NCBI RefSeq assembly: GCF_000150275.1
Contig: NW_002060943.1
Span: 12,947,639-13,011,638 of the forward strand
Length of the DNA: 64,000 nucleotides
Reading direction: 5' to 3'
DNA from: Trichoplax adhaerens
Taxonomy: Eukaryota; Animalia; Placozoa
Both the position numbers and the translations under genes were made by a program. The notes beneath the pieces are model-generated. The model was not told where the DNA came from and searched no databases. It was given only the letters and a program-made list of their open reading frames with translations. Shown one piece after another: positions 38,327 to 52,600 of this stretch. The first letter of the stretch is position 1; each line of letters begins with the position of its first letter.

Positions 38327-40404
38327 TTAATCCATGGTAAATATCCTTGAGGCAATATCGTCGATCAACCAGTCAACACCATCTAATAACTTTTCACCAG
38401 TAACTGCACTACACCATTGAATACTCCAGTGATGGGAATGAATTGTATCTAGTTCTAAAGCCTGATAGAAACAAAATCGATAGACTTAACTTGCTTACTC
38501 TCTGTATGAGTCAAGTGCAAGATCACATGATTGATATAGGCATTTCTAAGAGCTGAAGATGTTTCATTTGCATACCTTTCTAATTTCGTTGGATGATAAA
38601 GCTCCAGCTAAATCTTGTTTATTAGCAAAAACGAGCAAGGTTGCTCCAGCTAATCTCTAATGATACAATTGAATATGTTTGTATTATTCATCTAATATCG
38701 AGTTCAGTTTTGATTGTATGCAACTACTTGATCATATTGGCAATATACACAAGCGTCTTGCTATCTATCCATTCACATTACCTCTTCTCCTAATAGGGCA
38801 TGTAATTCAGCTTTACAATCTTCAAGTCTTCTGACATCAGCACTATCAACTACCCATACTAATCCATCAGTGCTTTCAAAATAATTTCTCCAATAAGATC
38901 GAATGGATTTTTGTCCTCCAATATCCCATATATTAAGCTTAAAACTATGTAAAGTAAAAGTATACGAACAAATAGTAAGATACCAAGTGTAACATTATCT
39001 TTATACTTTACAAGATAGCATGACGAATACGTTTGGTAGAAAGTAATCATTTTAAAGAGCAAAGCTTAGTTAGGTCTTGTAACCTCACCATTGAGCTCTA
39101 TTAGCTCATGATCAAGTCACGTTGGATTGATTAATATTATTGTTCACGTATTTAACGGATGTTCTTTACACTCTTGAGAACTAACTACGATTAGACTTAC
39201 GAGCGATGTTCTAGAGTCTTAATATTGAAGCCAAGCGTTGGCGATATTGTATTGACATCCTCACCATTGAGCCGTTTCAAAATAGTTGTCTTGCCAGCAT
39301 TATCTAAACCTCTAGGATTGAAATACATTTTGTTAAGGATTATCAAAACAACCGCAACCATCATCCTATTATTTCATTCTTTTATTGAATACGATGGAAA
39401 CGACGTATACATAAATTGAAACAGTTAGGCACTTATTCTACTATAAGGTGAAATGTTTGGAGAAAAACTTGGACTGCAGCAATTGAATAGGTAGTCCATT
39501 ATTGAAGTAACACCTACATTCAACTATAGTACTGTAGATGATACAGAACAGTGATACTCTGTTGCTTTCGATACTGCTATAGTGTTTGAAAGTATGCACT
39601 TTTGCAACTCAGCAGTGAAGTCCATTGGTTAATACTGTATATGTATATTAAGTATCAAGACAGACGTATGTTCAACCACTGTCGACGACAGAATTCCGTT
39701 CACCAATACTCAATGATGGTCATTTGAAATTATGGACTTTAGGCATTTAATGTAGTCCACTGTCGAAGGCCAGCGTGTGTGTAGACGCTGGTATTCTGCT
39801 CATTTCGTTAATCGATGACCGTGATTTGAAAATAATATAGACCAAAGCAATAGAATAGATAGTTCACTGTAGAATCTTCAGTAGCTACACGTATGTTCAA
39901 TTACATTTATGGCAGTATTCTGTTTATTGCCATGCTGTATATGACAGTAATTTAAAAAAAAATAGACTATAGTAATAGAAGTAGTTGACTGTTCCATCTT
40001 CCATTGATACAAGTACTGTCTGTTCAACGCGAGTAGACAGCAGCATTCTGATCATTTCCACACTATAACAGTGATTTCAAAATGCCGACGATACTAACTT
40101 GATGGATCGTTTACTATGAAATCTTCGATGCATGTATGCTTAACTCCTGTTCAAGGTAGTTTTGTTCATTGCGATACTATGGCAGCGATTTGTAAATAGT
40201 AATAGTAGTGTCGATCTTAGTCATTGCATCCTCATTGATGGCGTAGTCCATTGCGCAAATAAGACGTATGTTTCATTGCATTTTACGATCGTATTCTGTT
40301 CATTTCGATACATTATGACAGGTATAAATCAAAGGATACAACATTAAGATTCGCATTTCCTTTTCCTTCTCCTTCATCTTTTTCAATATAGCAAGTAATC
40401 CCAT
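38327..40404 (-). CDS. ARL2: ADP-ribosylation factor-like GTPase 2, 184 aa
   Basis: Exons 40404-40340, 39311-39201, 38944-38782, 38656-38576 and 38461-38327 total 555 nt. [71 protein letters not shown]. Confidence 0.96.
39312..40339 (-). other. U12-type (minor spliceosome) GT-AG intron, ARL2 intron 1
   Basis: Donor GTATCCTTT at 40339-40331. Branch site TCCTTAAC at 39339-39332, about 20 nt before the AG at 39313-39312. Confidence 0.9.
39480..40320. repeat. Degenerate ~120-bp tandem repeat inside ARL2 intron 1
   Basis: Core gtattctgttcatttcgatac-like near 39555, 39791, 39916, 40043, 40160 and 40291, alternating with gtagtccatt and acgtatgttca words. Confidence 0.65.
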
Positions 40405-40716
40405 GTTGATTTCGCAAGTCTATTTCTTATCCACTCGTCCGTAAAAGATGGAGTAGTTGACGAATGATAACCGTGGTGACGGAATGGGACTGACAGTTGA
40501 CCTGCCGAGCTACTGGTACTGGACTGTACAGTGTACAGTACAGGGTTCGGGTTACAGTATACAGTACTGTACACTGTACACGACAGGTTTGCAGCGACGA
40601 CCGTGGCCAACGTTTGGACTACTCTGTCTACTGTCGTAGCTAGTATCAGGTACAAATATGAAATGACTGCTGACTAGAAGCTGTATACAGCGTAGTATGA
40701 AACATTTTTGGAATAG

Positions 40717-40840
40717 TTTGGGTCCGCGGGCTTTGCCTATGGTTGCTAGATAGAAGAAAAGCAGTTGAATATTTAAGAAAAGCTGTTGAATATTTTGGGT
40801 CTGCGGGCTTTTGCCCAAGGTTGCTGGATAGAAAAAAGCT
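40717..40840. repeat. Short direct duplication (~45 bp, period ~78)
   Basis: tttgggtccgcgggctttgcctatggttgctagatagaa versus tttgggtctgcgggcttttgcccaaggttgctggatagaa. Confidence 0.75.
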
Positions 40841-41350
40841 CGTTTATCCTCTTCATCGATGGGTAATGTAGTACTGTACTGAGAAAGTGGATGTTTTGCG
40901 ACTATTTGCGACACCGGATAGTTCCTTCTACAGGATTCAACTAAACCTCTGCAAGCCTACAACTAACACGTCCATGACGTCATTGACAGAAATCTTGCTG
41001 GCCCGTTATTCTGCGGTCAGAGTCGTTGTTGTATTCAGTAGTCTAAGCCTGTACCTCAGGATCCGACATCAGACATGTTTACTGTACGAGAGAGAGTACG
41101 ACATGATCCGGATACATTGAATATTCCAATTTTTGCATCCATTGGTACAAAATTGATCGGCAATGCATGGTTTGAATATGCCAAGGTTCATCAAGATTGG
41201 TCTTTCTGAAGCATTTTACCCATAATTTTGAGTTAGTTTTTACTATTCAAATATATCGAAGAAAACGGATGACATTCGGTAGTACAGTACATGCAATACT
41301 GTACACTGTACGGCATGTTTACTAATTCTTCAGATGTTTAGATAGCAAAG

Positions 41351-41530
41351 TATACTTATATATATATATACTTATATACTTATACACTTATATATATATA
41401 TACTTATATACTTATATACTTATACTTATATACTTATATATACATATATACAAAGTAGACTTATATATATATATACTTATATACTTATATACATATATAC
41501 AAAGTAGACTTATATATACATATATACTAT
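41351..41530. repeat. TA-rich microsatellite (TATACTTA)n/(TA)n
   Basis: Directly visible low-complexity run. Confidence 0.9.
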
Positions 41531-41716
41531 ACTGTACAGTATAGAAATTAGGGAAAATGAATGATATACCATTGCATATTTTTTATTTATTTATTTAATA
41601 ATAGAAATTATTGCTGTACCGTACTGTGCTGTAAAAAAAAAGGGATTGGTCCCTGATAGTATAATATCAATTTTTCAACTGCTATTTTGGGGGCCAAATC
41701 AACTTAATTTAAAATT

Positions 41717-42048
41717 ATGTAGAATTAGATTTCAGTTACTTCACTGTACTCAAAAAAAAATCCTAAAAGTGTATCAATCAATAAATAAAAATTTAAAATT
41801 CCTATAGTGAAATATTTTATCACTAATCATGTAGAATTGGGTTTCACTTACTTCACTGTACTCAAAAAAATCCTAAAAAGTGTATCCATAAATAAATAAA
41901 AATGTAACATTCCTATAGTGAAGTATTTTATCGCTAATCATGTAGAATTGGATTTCACTTACTTCACTGTAGTCAAAAAAATTCTAAAAGTATGTCAATC
42001 AATAAATAAAAATGTAAAATTCCTATAGTGAAATATTGTATCGCTAAT
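41717..42048. repeat. Tandem minisatellite, 3 x ~111 bp
   Basis: Units starting atgtagaatt at about 41717, 41829 and 41940, each containing ttacttcactgta...ttcctatagtgaa. Confidence 0.9.
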
Positions 42049-42718
42049 TAAGCTTTACTGACTGTCAATGAAAATTTAAAAAATAAAACATTCGCGTGAG
42101 TATAGTATTTGGACCGAATAAAAAAATGGCGTCCGTAGTAAAAAAAAATCATTGGTCGAATTTAGAGCATGCTCTTGTTAATCGACAAAACTTGTAATCG
42201 CTAAATGACCCACTTTATAACCTGTTCAGTATCTCCACGTATCATACAAACTGGATAATAAAGCTCACAAATCTGCACTTTTTTCTGTGGATACTAAATA
42301 ACAAGTGCTATATTTTTAAGTTTGAACAGCTTTTAGACTAAGATTTTGGAAGTTCAATTTTCTTCAATTGCACTTTCTGTGGCCAATACTGTCCGTACAG
42401 TAGAGTACTGTACACAATATTTGACCATAAAGATACGCATTCCATACCTTTACCAAGAGCTTTTATTATCATACTCGTGATAGGTTTACTACACTCTATA
42501 GTCGGGTTTCCACGCCTGCGCAGACCATAGATGGAAGACTGGGCAGATTGCTAGGGTTACTCCAGACTCCAGTATCACTTTGATGGCCTAACCAGCAACT
42601 TTCTCCTCCTCCATTCTCATGGATTTTTAAATCAATTCTAGCCAATTCTAGGTGCAACGAGTCGGAAAAGAGTAAGAGAAAATTGGCTATAACGTAGAGC
42701 AAAGATAAGATCGCCATC

Positions 42719-45700
42719 ATGGCGTCCATTAAATGCAAGTTAAGCCGTGAATTTGCCGTTGGCAAGACTCGTTTATCAAGCCAAGGTTATACAGAATATC
42801 AAATTGAATATCAGGTAAAATCCACACACCATCAACTCGACAAACGAGAACTCGGATTTGTAATTTGATCAAATTGAGTAGCAGAATGGTGGTGATCATG
42901 ATAGAGTACATAGTAACCTTTACTCACTCACCTTCATCATGAATGGATAATCGATACTGCAGATAGAATGCTATAGTAGCCCGTGCTTGACTTGCTGTCC
43001 TATCTCAATCAGCAATGGCAGTGCAGTGCTGACAAATGAATCGTGCACTAGCTGTGAATGCACCATTTGTCCATTGGCAATCAGGACATCAACAACTTAA
43101 GTACTTTCTCGTCCAACAACTCTCTCAGTCAATCAGTCAACCTAGGATCATGAATCCTATCTCTTGCATGACATAGTATATGAAATGACCTTGTTGATAC
43201 TGATTATACGTACAATGATTGATAACGGAGAGGGTATGATCATCGATACATACTGTAGATCAGTCTTCACAAGTCTTATTACTACTAATGATTAATGATT
43301 ACTAATATAGAATTGATTCTGTCGTGATTGCTATTACATTTAGTTACATTTATGCTTTTATACATGTATCCTCATTTCTTTCCTTGACGGTACTGTCGTA
43401 ACATATATATACACAATGCAGTACAGTTTCTGTTGGATCTTTGACCACTTTTCGCTCATGAAAACTCTTCTATAGTAAAAGCTATGCATGATATACGTAG
43501 AAATAACAAGTAATTCATCAATCTAGAAAATCGTTTTTGCAACCTCCAATAATGATTAACTTGTCTTGTAAATATCATTTTATATCTAGGTTGAAAATCA
43601 GAGTGATGAAGGCCAACTTATGCAGGTAATAATTTTATACAATAATTAGAGCTATCAATAATTCGATTGACGTGTATGGTGATAAAGTAGTGGCCTACTT
43701 GAAATGAAAATACGGAATTAAAAATCAGTCATTTTTGCCTACGTAGACAAGACATATAGTGCTTGATAAATTCTTTGTATTAAAACAGTCAATAAACACT
43801 CCTTCATTCACCATACTGTAGCAGTACTGAGCAACAAATGAATGTCACATTAAAAAAATCATCTCTATACCTACATTGTAATGACGTGAAACTAAATTGA
43901 ATAATTTTATCCTAAATGACCAACTCCATTATTTTCTATCGTAGAAGAGTAAATGGTGCCGATTTAGAGAGATTAAAAAGCTACATCGCGACTTACAAAC
44001 TTTGTATACACAAATTGCCACCAAAGACTCCGGAAGCTTCCCTAAATTTCCTCGTGGCTCTTATTTTGGTAATACGACAACACAAAATGATACTAGCTTA
44101 ATAACAATACTACACTATTGCCTCGGTTACAACAAGGTCTAACATATCTTACAAAATATTATCCAAATCAAATTAGTTAATCTCGAAGAATGGGATAATA
44201 ACGGAAATTAAAAATTTAACAGAGTTTACAACAATAGCTTTCATATTAATCCTCAAGAATTTATTCATTGCAAAAATTAAGATTAAACAAAGTTTATACA
44301 GTAGTAATAATATCAACTTCTCGGTCTATTTTCTTCATAATAGGTCGTTTTGATGAAGAAACGATCAACAGTCGGCTTATAGCAATACGAAACCTTTTGT
44401 TATTTTGTAGCAAGATTGATTATCTATATGGAAGTGTACATTTTCAACAATTTTTTATGGTAAGATATCAATTGCACTCTGATGTACTAGTTATAGTAAC
44501 TTTGTTAACCAATTCCTAATCCATAATTGAGCAAGTTTTTACAACATATTATGTAATATAGCTCCATAAAGGCGTTGTATACTGTTTTTAATAGTATAAT
44601 CTATCACACGGTTAATATCACAGGAGGATTTTGATAATGAATATACACAAAGTCAAAATATTAGCCCTTCCAGTAGTAGTAGCGATGTTAAACCACTAAA
44701 TGATGATTCTGATTATCAGGATGATCATTTAGATGGACATGGTAATAAAAGAGACAGCAAAATGTCGGATATATCCATAGCAAGTACTACTGATAATGAT
44801 GGTGATGAAGGTCCGTTAGACACCTCTCAGCAACGTAATCCCCTAGGTGGTGTTTGGTTACATAAAAGAGATGATGACATAGAAAGCTCAGACGAAGAAA
44901 GCAATTCTATTCCCCATGAAAAGAAACTTACCGACGACTTGAATAGACTCACCATTGATGAAGATTTCTCGCTAATAGATGAAACCGCTATAAAGGTAAC
45001 CGGTATCCACACCTTAGACCAGGAGAAAAATTTAATTGATTTTGGAGCCGACAATGATAAAAAACTTAGCGATTGCATTCAACCAGCGGACAACTCCGTA
45101 GATAGTAGTGATATCCAAGATGATGTGGATAAAGAAGCAGAAGATATATCTGTAAATGATTTAGTAAATGAATTATTAGCCATCGATGTACCGACTCATC
45201 TTAACCATTCCGAAAACTTACTACCAAGCGATATGAACACTATTAACGAAAGCCGAGAGAAGCCGATCGACAATGGCGTAGTTGATGAACATTCTGCACA
45301 ATCAACCCTTTTATTCGATCCTTTGGAGATATCTAAGGCCACTGAAGACATCAGTAGTATCCCCAAGGATGATCCTTTTGCGTTATTTTATGATTTGAAG
45401 CGTGACAAAAAGCCTAACATAAGTGTTGATCCTGTCGATGAGGATGCAAAAGACCCCTTGCCTGAACCAAAAAGAGATACCTTACCAAACTCAGAGACTG
45501 TACTAAATTCAACAAATAATGGCCAAAGTGAAATCCAAACCGAAAGTCATTCACCAAGTCAATTGGAAGAATCAAGTAAAAAATTTGAGGAAGTAGACTA
45601 TATATATGACGCAGCAAAATTTATTGTCCAGGCTGTGCGAGAAGAGTCCAATTGTAATTATAGTGAAAGTTTCACCTTATACAAAGAAGGTATAAGATCC

Positions 45701-48350
45701 TTACTAGCTGGAGTTCAGAGTAAGTATACAAATTTATGTCAATCTATATATTTTACCAGCGATAATTATTGCATTCGCTACATCGCTAAAAGTGCTCTAA
45801 AATCTGTACGTTTCATAAATCTTTAGCTGACAGTGACTCTAAACGTCGTGATGGTGTTAAGAGGAAAATTGAATTTTACATTTCTCATATTGAGAAAATG
45901 TACATTTCACAGTTAGCTGGTAGCGAAGGAAAAGATGTAAGTGTTATATTTTGAATTCAGAGTTTATTTTTTTATGAAACTGATTGCTTATTAATTAATG
46001 ATAGTTGCATGGAAATCAAGAACTTCCATCATCCGTTCCTACTTGTATGAATTTAAGATTAGAGCTTAAAGATTTTAAAGTTATTGGTGTAATCAATAAG
46101 GTAAAGAAAATCTTTGTAGTGTCTTAATTCTATAACTATGTCTTTAAATACGTATTCATCGCAGTGAATAAGTCATTTATGCGTTAAACAGGTTCTCCTA
46201 GCGCAGCATTTTACTACCGAAGAAGTATTTGTAGTCAAGGTAAGATATAGCAGAAAAGCTGTTTCTTCTTATCAGCAATGAGTTGCTTTATTACTCTCTA
46301 TGTAGAAATCATCTCACACTGCGTCTCAGAAGGACATGCATATGTTCATATTGCTTAGAATTCCTTTATCAGTGGACGTTTTACTTCACAACATTCAGCA
46401 TACATATTCTATAGGATATCACCGCATAACTTGCTGCAAATCCTTTGCAGCTAAAGTCTCTCTTTTACGTACGATTACGTATACGTATATACAGTGTCCT
46501 GATCGTATTGTATAAATCAAGCTTTCAATATAACAGCAGGACACGGCTTTTTTTCTTTCACAGGTTCTCCACAAAGGTCCAAAAATTCATACTAAGAAGG
46601 GAAAAAAGCTACTGACACCAGTGGAGAGAGCGAGAATGAGATCTAATAGTATCATGAAATCGGTAATTGCTACCTACTTAGATTTTATTAACGATTCTTA
46701 TTACGGCTATCTCGTAATGTGTATCAAAATAGAAATACTAATGAACATTGGTTAAAATTTTTATGTTTGAAATGCTACAGATGGGTTGTCCATTTATGGT
46801 AAAGTTATATCGCTGGTTTGAAACAGCTACTAGCTTATTTTTGCTAATTGAACACGTTCCAATGGGATGTCTATATAACTCAATCAGCAATTATTTACGT
46901 CTTGAAGAAGAAGAAAGTTTATGGCGTATTCGTCGGTCTAATAAGGATACTCATAATTTGATTGGTGCTAACCAATGTAAGTTGTATTCATAGGTTTTGA
47001 CCAAATTTATGATAAAGATCTACCTAAGCCGTTGCAATTTTTAAAATAAATATTTTATAAAAGATACTCAAGAAAAGGATCAAGTTTTAGAAACAGTTCA
47101 TGATGAAGGTCTACCTCAAACCTCAGAAATTGAAGATTCTGTAGCGGATGAATCAGAAGAAACAGAAGAGAGTGAAAGAACACGTTCATCGACCGCTACG
47201 CGTATATTTGCAATGTTAGACAATTTGGAAAGCAATCCCAGAAAGAAATTACCGGAATCCTATATTCAAATTTGGATATCCGAAATTATTTCAGCTCTCT
47301 CATATCTGCATTCAATTAATATAATTTGGAAGTAAGTAAACTAGCTCAATACTCATTATCACCTTTATCACAGTGATATTATCTCACCACATAATAAAGA
47401 ACTCAGTTTGATGCTATATTTAAATATCTGTACGTCTTAGGGATTTTGGACCACAAAATATCTTGTTAGACGCGAATGGTAGGCATGATCATATACTTTA
47501 TTATCAGGACTAGTGTTAAAATTAATATTTGTCGTATGATCTAACATGCTCGACATATCACTTAACACGGCCATTTAGGTCACGTTAAAATAACATTTTA
47601 CGGAGAATGGGAAGAAGTCACTCAAACTATAGCTCCTGAGAATATTAAAAGATTATATTGTGCCCCTGGTACAAAATCTAGTAGATTTTTAACGATTACA
47701 TACTCTGCTATGCAAATTTATCAAAAGACTGCTTAATATTTTAGAAATAGGTAGTATTACCCCTCCAACTCCTGCATCAGATTGGTGGAGTGTAGGTGCT
47801 ATAATGTATGAAATGTTAACTGGCCGAGTAAGTCTTCTAATGAAGCTTAAAGTGATGTGATTTCGAGTCTACTATTTGCATATATGTTACATATGCCGAA
47901 AATACCATTGATTAATAGCCGACCCTTTATTGTTCATTTAGAGTTTGTACCATTCATTTCCACGTGGTCTACATACTCATACTGAGATACATCTGCCAGG
48001 TCATGTTTCTGCTGATGCTCAATCCTTGGTAAAAGAGGTGAATAGCGTGATATACTAATATGGTTATTAGAACGTACTGGCCTGTCTACTTAATTTCGAG
48101 AAATATCAATTAACTATTAATTACCTTACGTTATATCCTTCTGCCATTAGCTATTACAAATCAATCCACATCAAAGAATCGGTAAGTTGAATTTTGATTC
48201 AGAAAAAATTCAAGGATACGTTTTTTGAATCCTTGAAATTTTTGTGTGTCCGCTGAATTTGTCTATCTTTCATAATTGTAAGGTGGTGGACGTAATGGTG
48301 CAGAAGAATTGCGATCTCATTCATTTTTTAATGGCGTCACTTGGCAGTGA
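42719..48350 (+). CDS. RPS6KC1: Ribosomal protein S6 kinase delta-1 (PX + MIT + split pseudokinase)
   Basis: PX exons (GYTEYQI; WCRFREIKKLHRDL..FPKFPRG; GRFDEETINSR), large acidic exon 44623-45720 ending in MIT (DYIYDAA...YKEGIRSLLAGVQ), and kinase exons (FKVIGVINKVLL; PFMVKLYRWFET; IIWKDFGPQNILLD; YCAPE; DWWSVG). Stop at 48348-48350. Confidence 0.9.
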
Positions 48351-48629
48351 CTAACAATGTGATGTTTGAGCATCCGATATTGTAAATAGTAATACTTTGC
48401 TTCAAAAAGAACCTATCGTTTTGGGTAAACAGACTTTTGTACATAGTTGCTTTTCTAAATTGGTTTATGTTTTACATGCATCTAATGTCTGACCCAGTGA
48501 TACTTCCGAAAATTACGTGCATCGATGTATGTTATCAACCCTGTTGTAGAATTAAGAATTAATATTCAAGATGCTATAACAAAAGAATATGAAACTACAT
48601 ATTAATTTAAACTCTCGCATGAGTATCGG

Positions 48630-48679
48630 NNNNNNNNNNNNNNNNNNNNNNNNNNNNNNNNNNNNNNNNNNNNNNNNNN
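48630..48679. other. Assembly gap (50 N)
   Basis: N run. Confidence 1.
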
Positions 48680-49620
48680 TATAAATTTTATTTCATTTTC
48701 ATCCATATGAAAATATTCATATTAGCATATGTTAATTATACACAATTTCCATATCATGTTGAAGTTATATCTTGTTGATGTCGTAGTCTACATTGCAGCA
48801 AGATTTGTAATAACTAAATTGTATATTAACTGAAAGTAATCTTGTTGAACCTGTAGACTTACATTTCCGAAATTATAATTATTAGTCAAGATCTATATTT
48901 TCAGCCCAATTTAAAGAAATATCAGTACGTTTTTTTCAATAGTTTCTGAAGTTGCTTTAAAAAGCGCGCCTTTACTACATATTTTTGAAGACATTAGAGA
49001 CAGTTGTAGCCGTCCCTTTCTTTATGTAAATATCTTTGATTTAAAAACTAATGAAATTGATGCTAAACTAGCAAATATGAAATATACTTTTTGTTGGATC
49101 ATTTCTTAAAAGCTTCTGTGATCTAAAATTGATTACAAAATCTAACAAGAGTGATAATACCATCATAAAATACAGCTGCTACCTCATGTTGATTTATAGA
49201 TGTAATGTGAATCTGTTTTAACCAAGTTGCAGATACATTATAGTTACGCGATAAAATTATTATAATTAGAACGAAAAGTTGAAATAGTAAACCTACAATT
49301 TGAAATTTGACGTATAATAAACTGGATCTGGATTTGATATAAATTGTTTATATTGTGATCTCTATTAATCTTAATATTAAAATCAGCTTTATGCCAGATA
49401 AAGGATATTTTTGCTAAATCAAAATATTCTTCCCTATTCACTCTTATCATGACTATAATTCAAAGAATTTAGAAAAGAATTTACAATCTATTATTTGCGA
49501 TCACGCAGTAGTAAGACCTGTATTACAGTTGATCTAAATACGTTGCATTGCTTTCACAACAGTTTACAGTACTTTATTAAGTATCACATCGATGTTTGTC
49601 TTCTCAGCAAGTTCTTGTCA

Positions 49621-52600
49621 TTAAGACATGCCAAATCCTTCACTCCCTTCATTGATAGCAATAAGTAAACTATGTTGCATGTCATCTAGTGAGTCGTATA
49701 TCGGTAAACATAATTCGTTGAAGCTAAAAGTAGTAAATTATACATATTGATTAGCAATAGAGGCTAATCTACGTGTAAAGTAGGATAATTAATCCGTAAT
49801 TCGAAGTTGCTCATAATTTTACCATGTATGAGCGGTGGGTAATGTTCCAGTAACCATAGCATTGACAATTTGAAATTTAGGAGATAATTCAGAGAATCCC
49901 TCAGGTGGAAGTTGTGAACATCCTGTGACAAACTGTAGTAACCTTGCCATTTCTTGTTGAGTAAAATTGGCAATGGTGCTCCAAAACCAAGATAAAATCT
50001 ATCATTTAAACACAAGTATACATAAATAGTTGCAAAAGGTGTTGAAGAGATTTCATGAGCTACTCTACTTCCGTGAATCATGTAATCAGAACTATGGTAA
50101 TAAATCTATACCTTTTCAAACTCAGATGTTCTACCGATGACAGCATGATTTAACTTCAAATCGTTAATATCATATTCGCAAGTACCACATATTAAGAGCT
50201 ATCGAAATGTTTGTAATATGCAAAGACAAATCGATTAACATGTTATTTACATGTGCGTATACCACGTATTAAGAATTAAAGCAATGGCAATGATATCCAA
50301 GATAAAATTATTAATATTGAAAACAAGGAACGGACTTTATACAGCTGTGATTCAGTAACTAACTAAAATACGTTATTTCACCTCTAATTCATTTTCATCA
50401 AAAATACTGAGAAGAGAATCAGGTATCAAATCATTTAGGCCTGTTACAAATAGAATTTTAGAGATTAACGATAAAATGTCTTGAAATGTTCCAAATTGCT
50501 TCTAGAGGAATTCTATTGCCCTCAATTTTATTCAGCTATTACAAGTAGTTGAAATAACCTTTCAAGAAAGCGTTCTTTTCTTCTTGTATTTCTTTACACA
50601 GCCTTTGCTGAGCTAGTAGATCCAAGTATTCAATCTTATTATCATTGTTAACGACACAATTCTTGCCATTGGGCTTTAATTCAATAATCTTTTGAAATTA
50701 AATAATATCCAGAAGAGACACCATTACATATTTATTTACACTAGTTCAATCTCTTCTGCAATAGTATTTTAACAATCAGTGATAATTTTTTAATACTTAT
50801 GTATTTAGACTACATTGAAAAATGACATGAGTAACACTTTACTACATAAGTGGCCTAAATTATCGTTAATAGCATATCTGATGGCACACGATATCATTAC
50901 TTTATCGAAATGCACGTAGATTAGTAACATATTATCATCTCAGCAATAACATCAAAAGACATGTAATACGTTTTTTTTTATATGACTTTTACAAGAAGTA
51001 TGCTAGCTTTGCGATAACCGTAACATTTCATATTCAAGGCTACCTTTCTAGATTGCTAGTAGTTAACGGCAAGTGACTATATTTGGCTAATAATTTTTTA
51101 AGGCATAATAACGCAACTTACCTTTTCTAATTTTCCATCCGAGCTGTAAATTTCTTCAGCAAAGACCAGTGATAAGTCGGCTATATCGTTGCTAAGAATG
51201 TACTGAATCTTGTTGGTAAAAAATTCTGGATCGTCATTTTCAAAATGCTAAGCATTAAAGACACCGAAGAAAGGAGAATAACGTTAGCATTAGTTAGTTT
51301 TACCATATTTGATCTTTGTTAAATTTGCAATCTTAAGTACTTTTTGAAAGTGGCACATTCGCATTAAAATTTTATAATTAAGTATACGCGTAATCCGCTA
51401 GACACAATAATAAAAATTAATCTCTTTCTGCAAATCTTTGATTTCATTTAATTTAATATTACACCGTAAGAATGAAAATAGATATTTAATCGATATATAG
51501 CCAATTGGAGCATAGCCGTGAATACTTGGAGATAGAAATCAAAATAAAATTTAGAAATTACCTTATAATGTACACGAAGTCCTAATATTTGGGCCAAAAA
51601 TGAACGGGCAAAGCAAGCTCGAATATAGCAGTTTGAATCTCGAGTAATTGCAGACTCAAGTAAACATTTACCAACAATTTTACCAGCAAATTCGAAATAT
51701 TTAATTTTAGCGAATTCTGGAGGACGAGCGTTGTTAGGACGAACCTAGAATGAATATCACCCATGAGTTATCAACGGATTTAGGTCAATCACTACTTAAA
51801 AAGATATGCATAAAAAACGAGAGATTAAAAATGATCCTATATTTAGATTGAGTGGAACTTCATCAATAACGAGAGCTTATCGGCTTATTACTATGATTAT
51901 TCAGTTCTAATCTAAGTTGCTAACGTATTATGATCTACTGATGACAGTATTTTAGGGATTAGCTAGAAATAAGGGAAGCTTTTGGAAATAAAACTTACCA
52001 GAGCTTGATTATCATCTCGAAAGCCAACGAATAATTGATTAGATGGTGCAAATAGAGCTCGACTCAATACATGAAACCATTCTCGCAATACTCCACCTAG
52101 GTCTTCAGCTGTGATAGCACCATAAAACGAAAAGAAGCATGTATTAACTATAAATTCTCATGAAATAGACGTGTACATATCCTAAGTTAAACGTCATGAA
52201 TATTGCTTTCATTTTCATTTACAATTTCTGATAGCTAGCAAATCATTCAGTTTAAAATAATTGATTTACAAAACTGCAAATGATTGCATAATTTTAGCTA
52301 GAAAGACTTACCTTGTTCACCCTGAAATTTAATTTGAAATGGGCGACACCAATCGGATGCGGAAGCATTCTTCAGTTGTTTCATGCTCTAGAATTAAAGC
52401 AAATTTTATTCATAATTTATTATTATTTGAATATTTAAAATGTGCGGTCAAAGAGGGTAATCAGCTATTAATTGGTGTATAATAATTCTGTTCATCAGTC
52501 TACTTTTTCATTTACTTTGATATAAGTGTAAGCAAAATTAAAAATACCGTACGTGTTATAATGTTGGTTATTTAATACAACTTAAAGACAATTATCTTGC

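Noticed and set aside
40383-41120. Overlapping short ORFs upstream of ARL2
   Set aside because: They arise from promoter and repeat sequence, with no recognisable domains.
44827-45617. Antisense ORFs within the large RPS6KC1 exon (similar ones at 2266, 23925, 33933 and 36619)
   Set aside because: They are shadows of real coding exons on the opposite strand.
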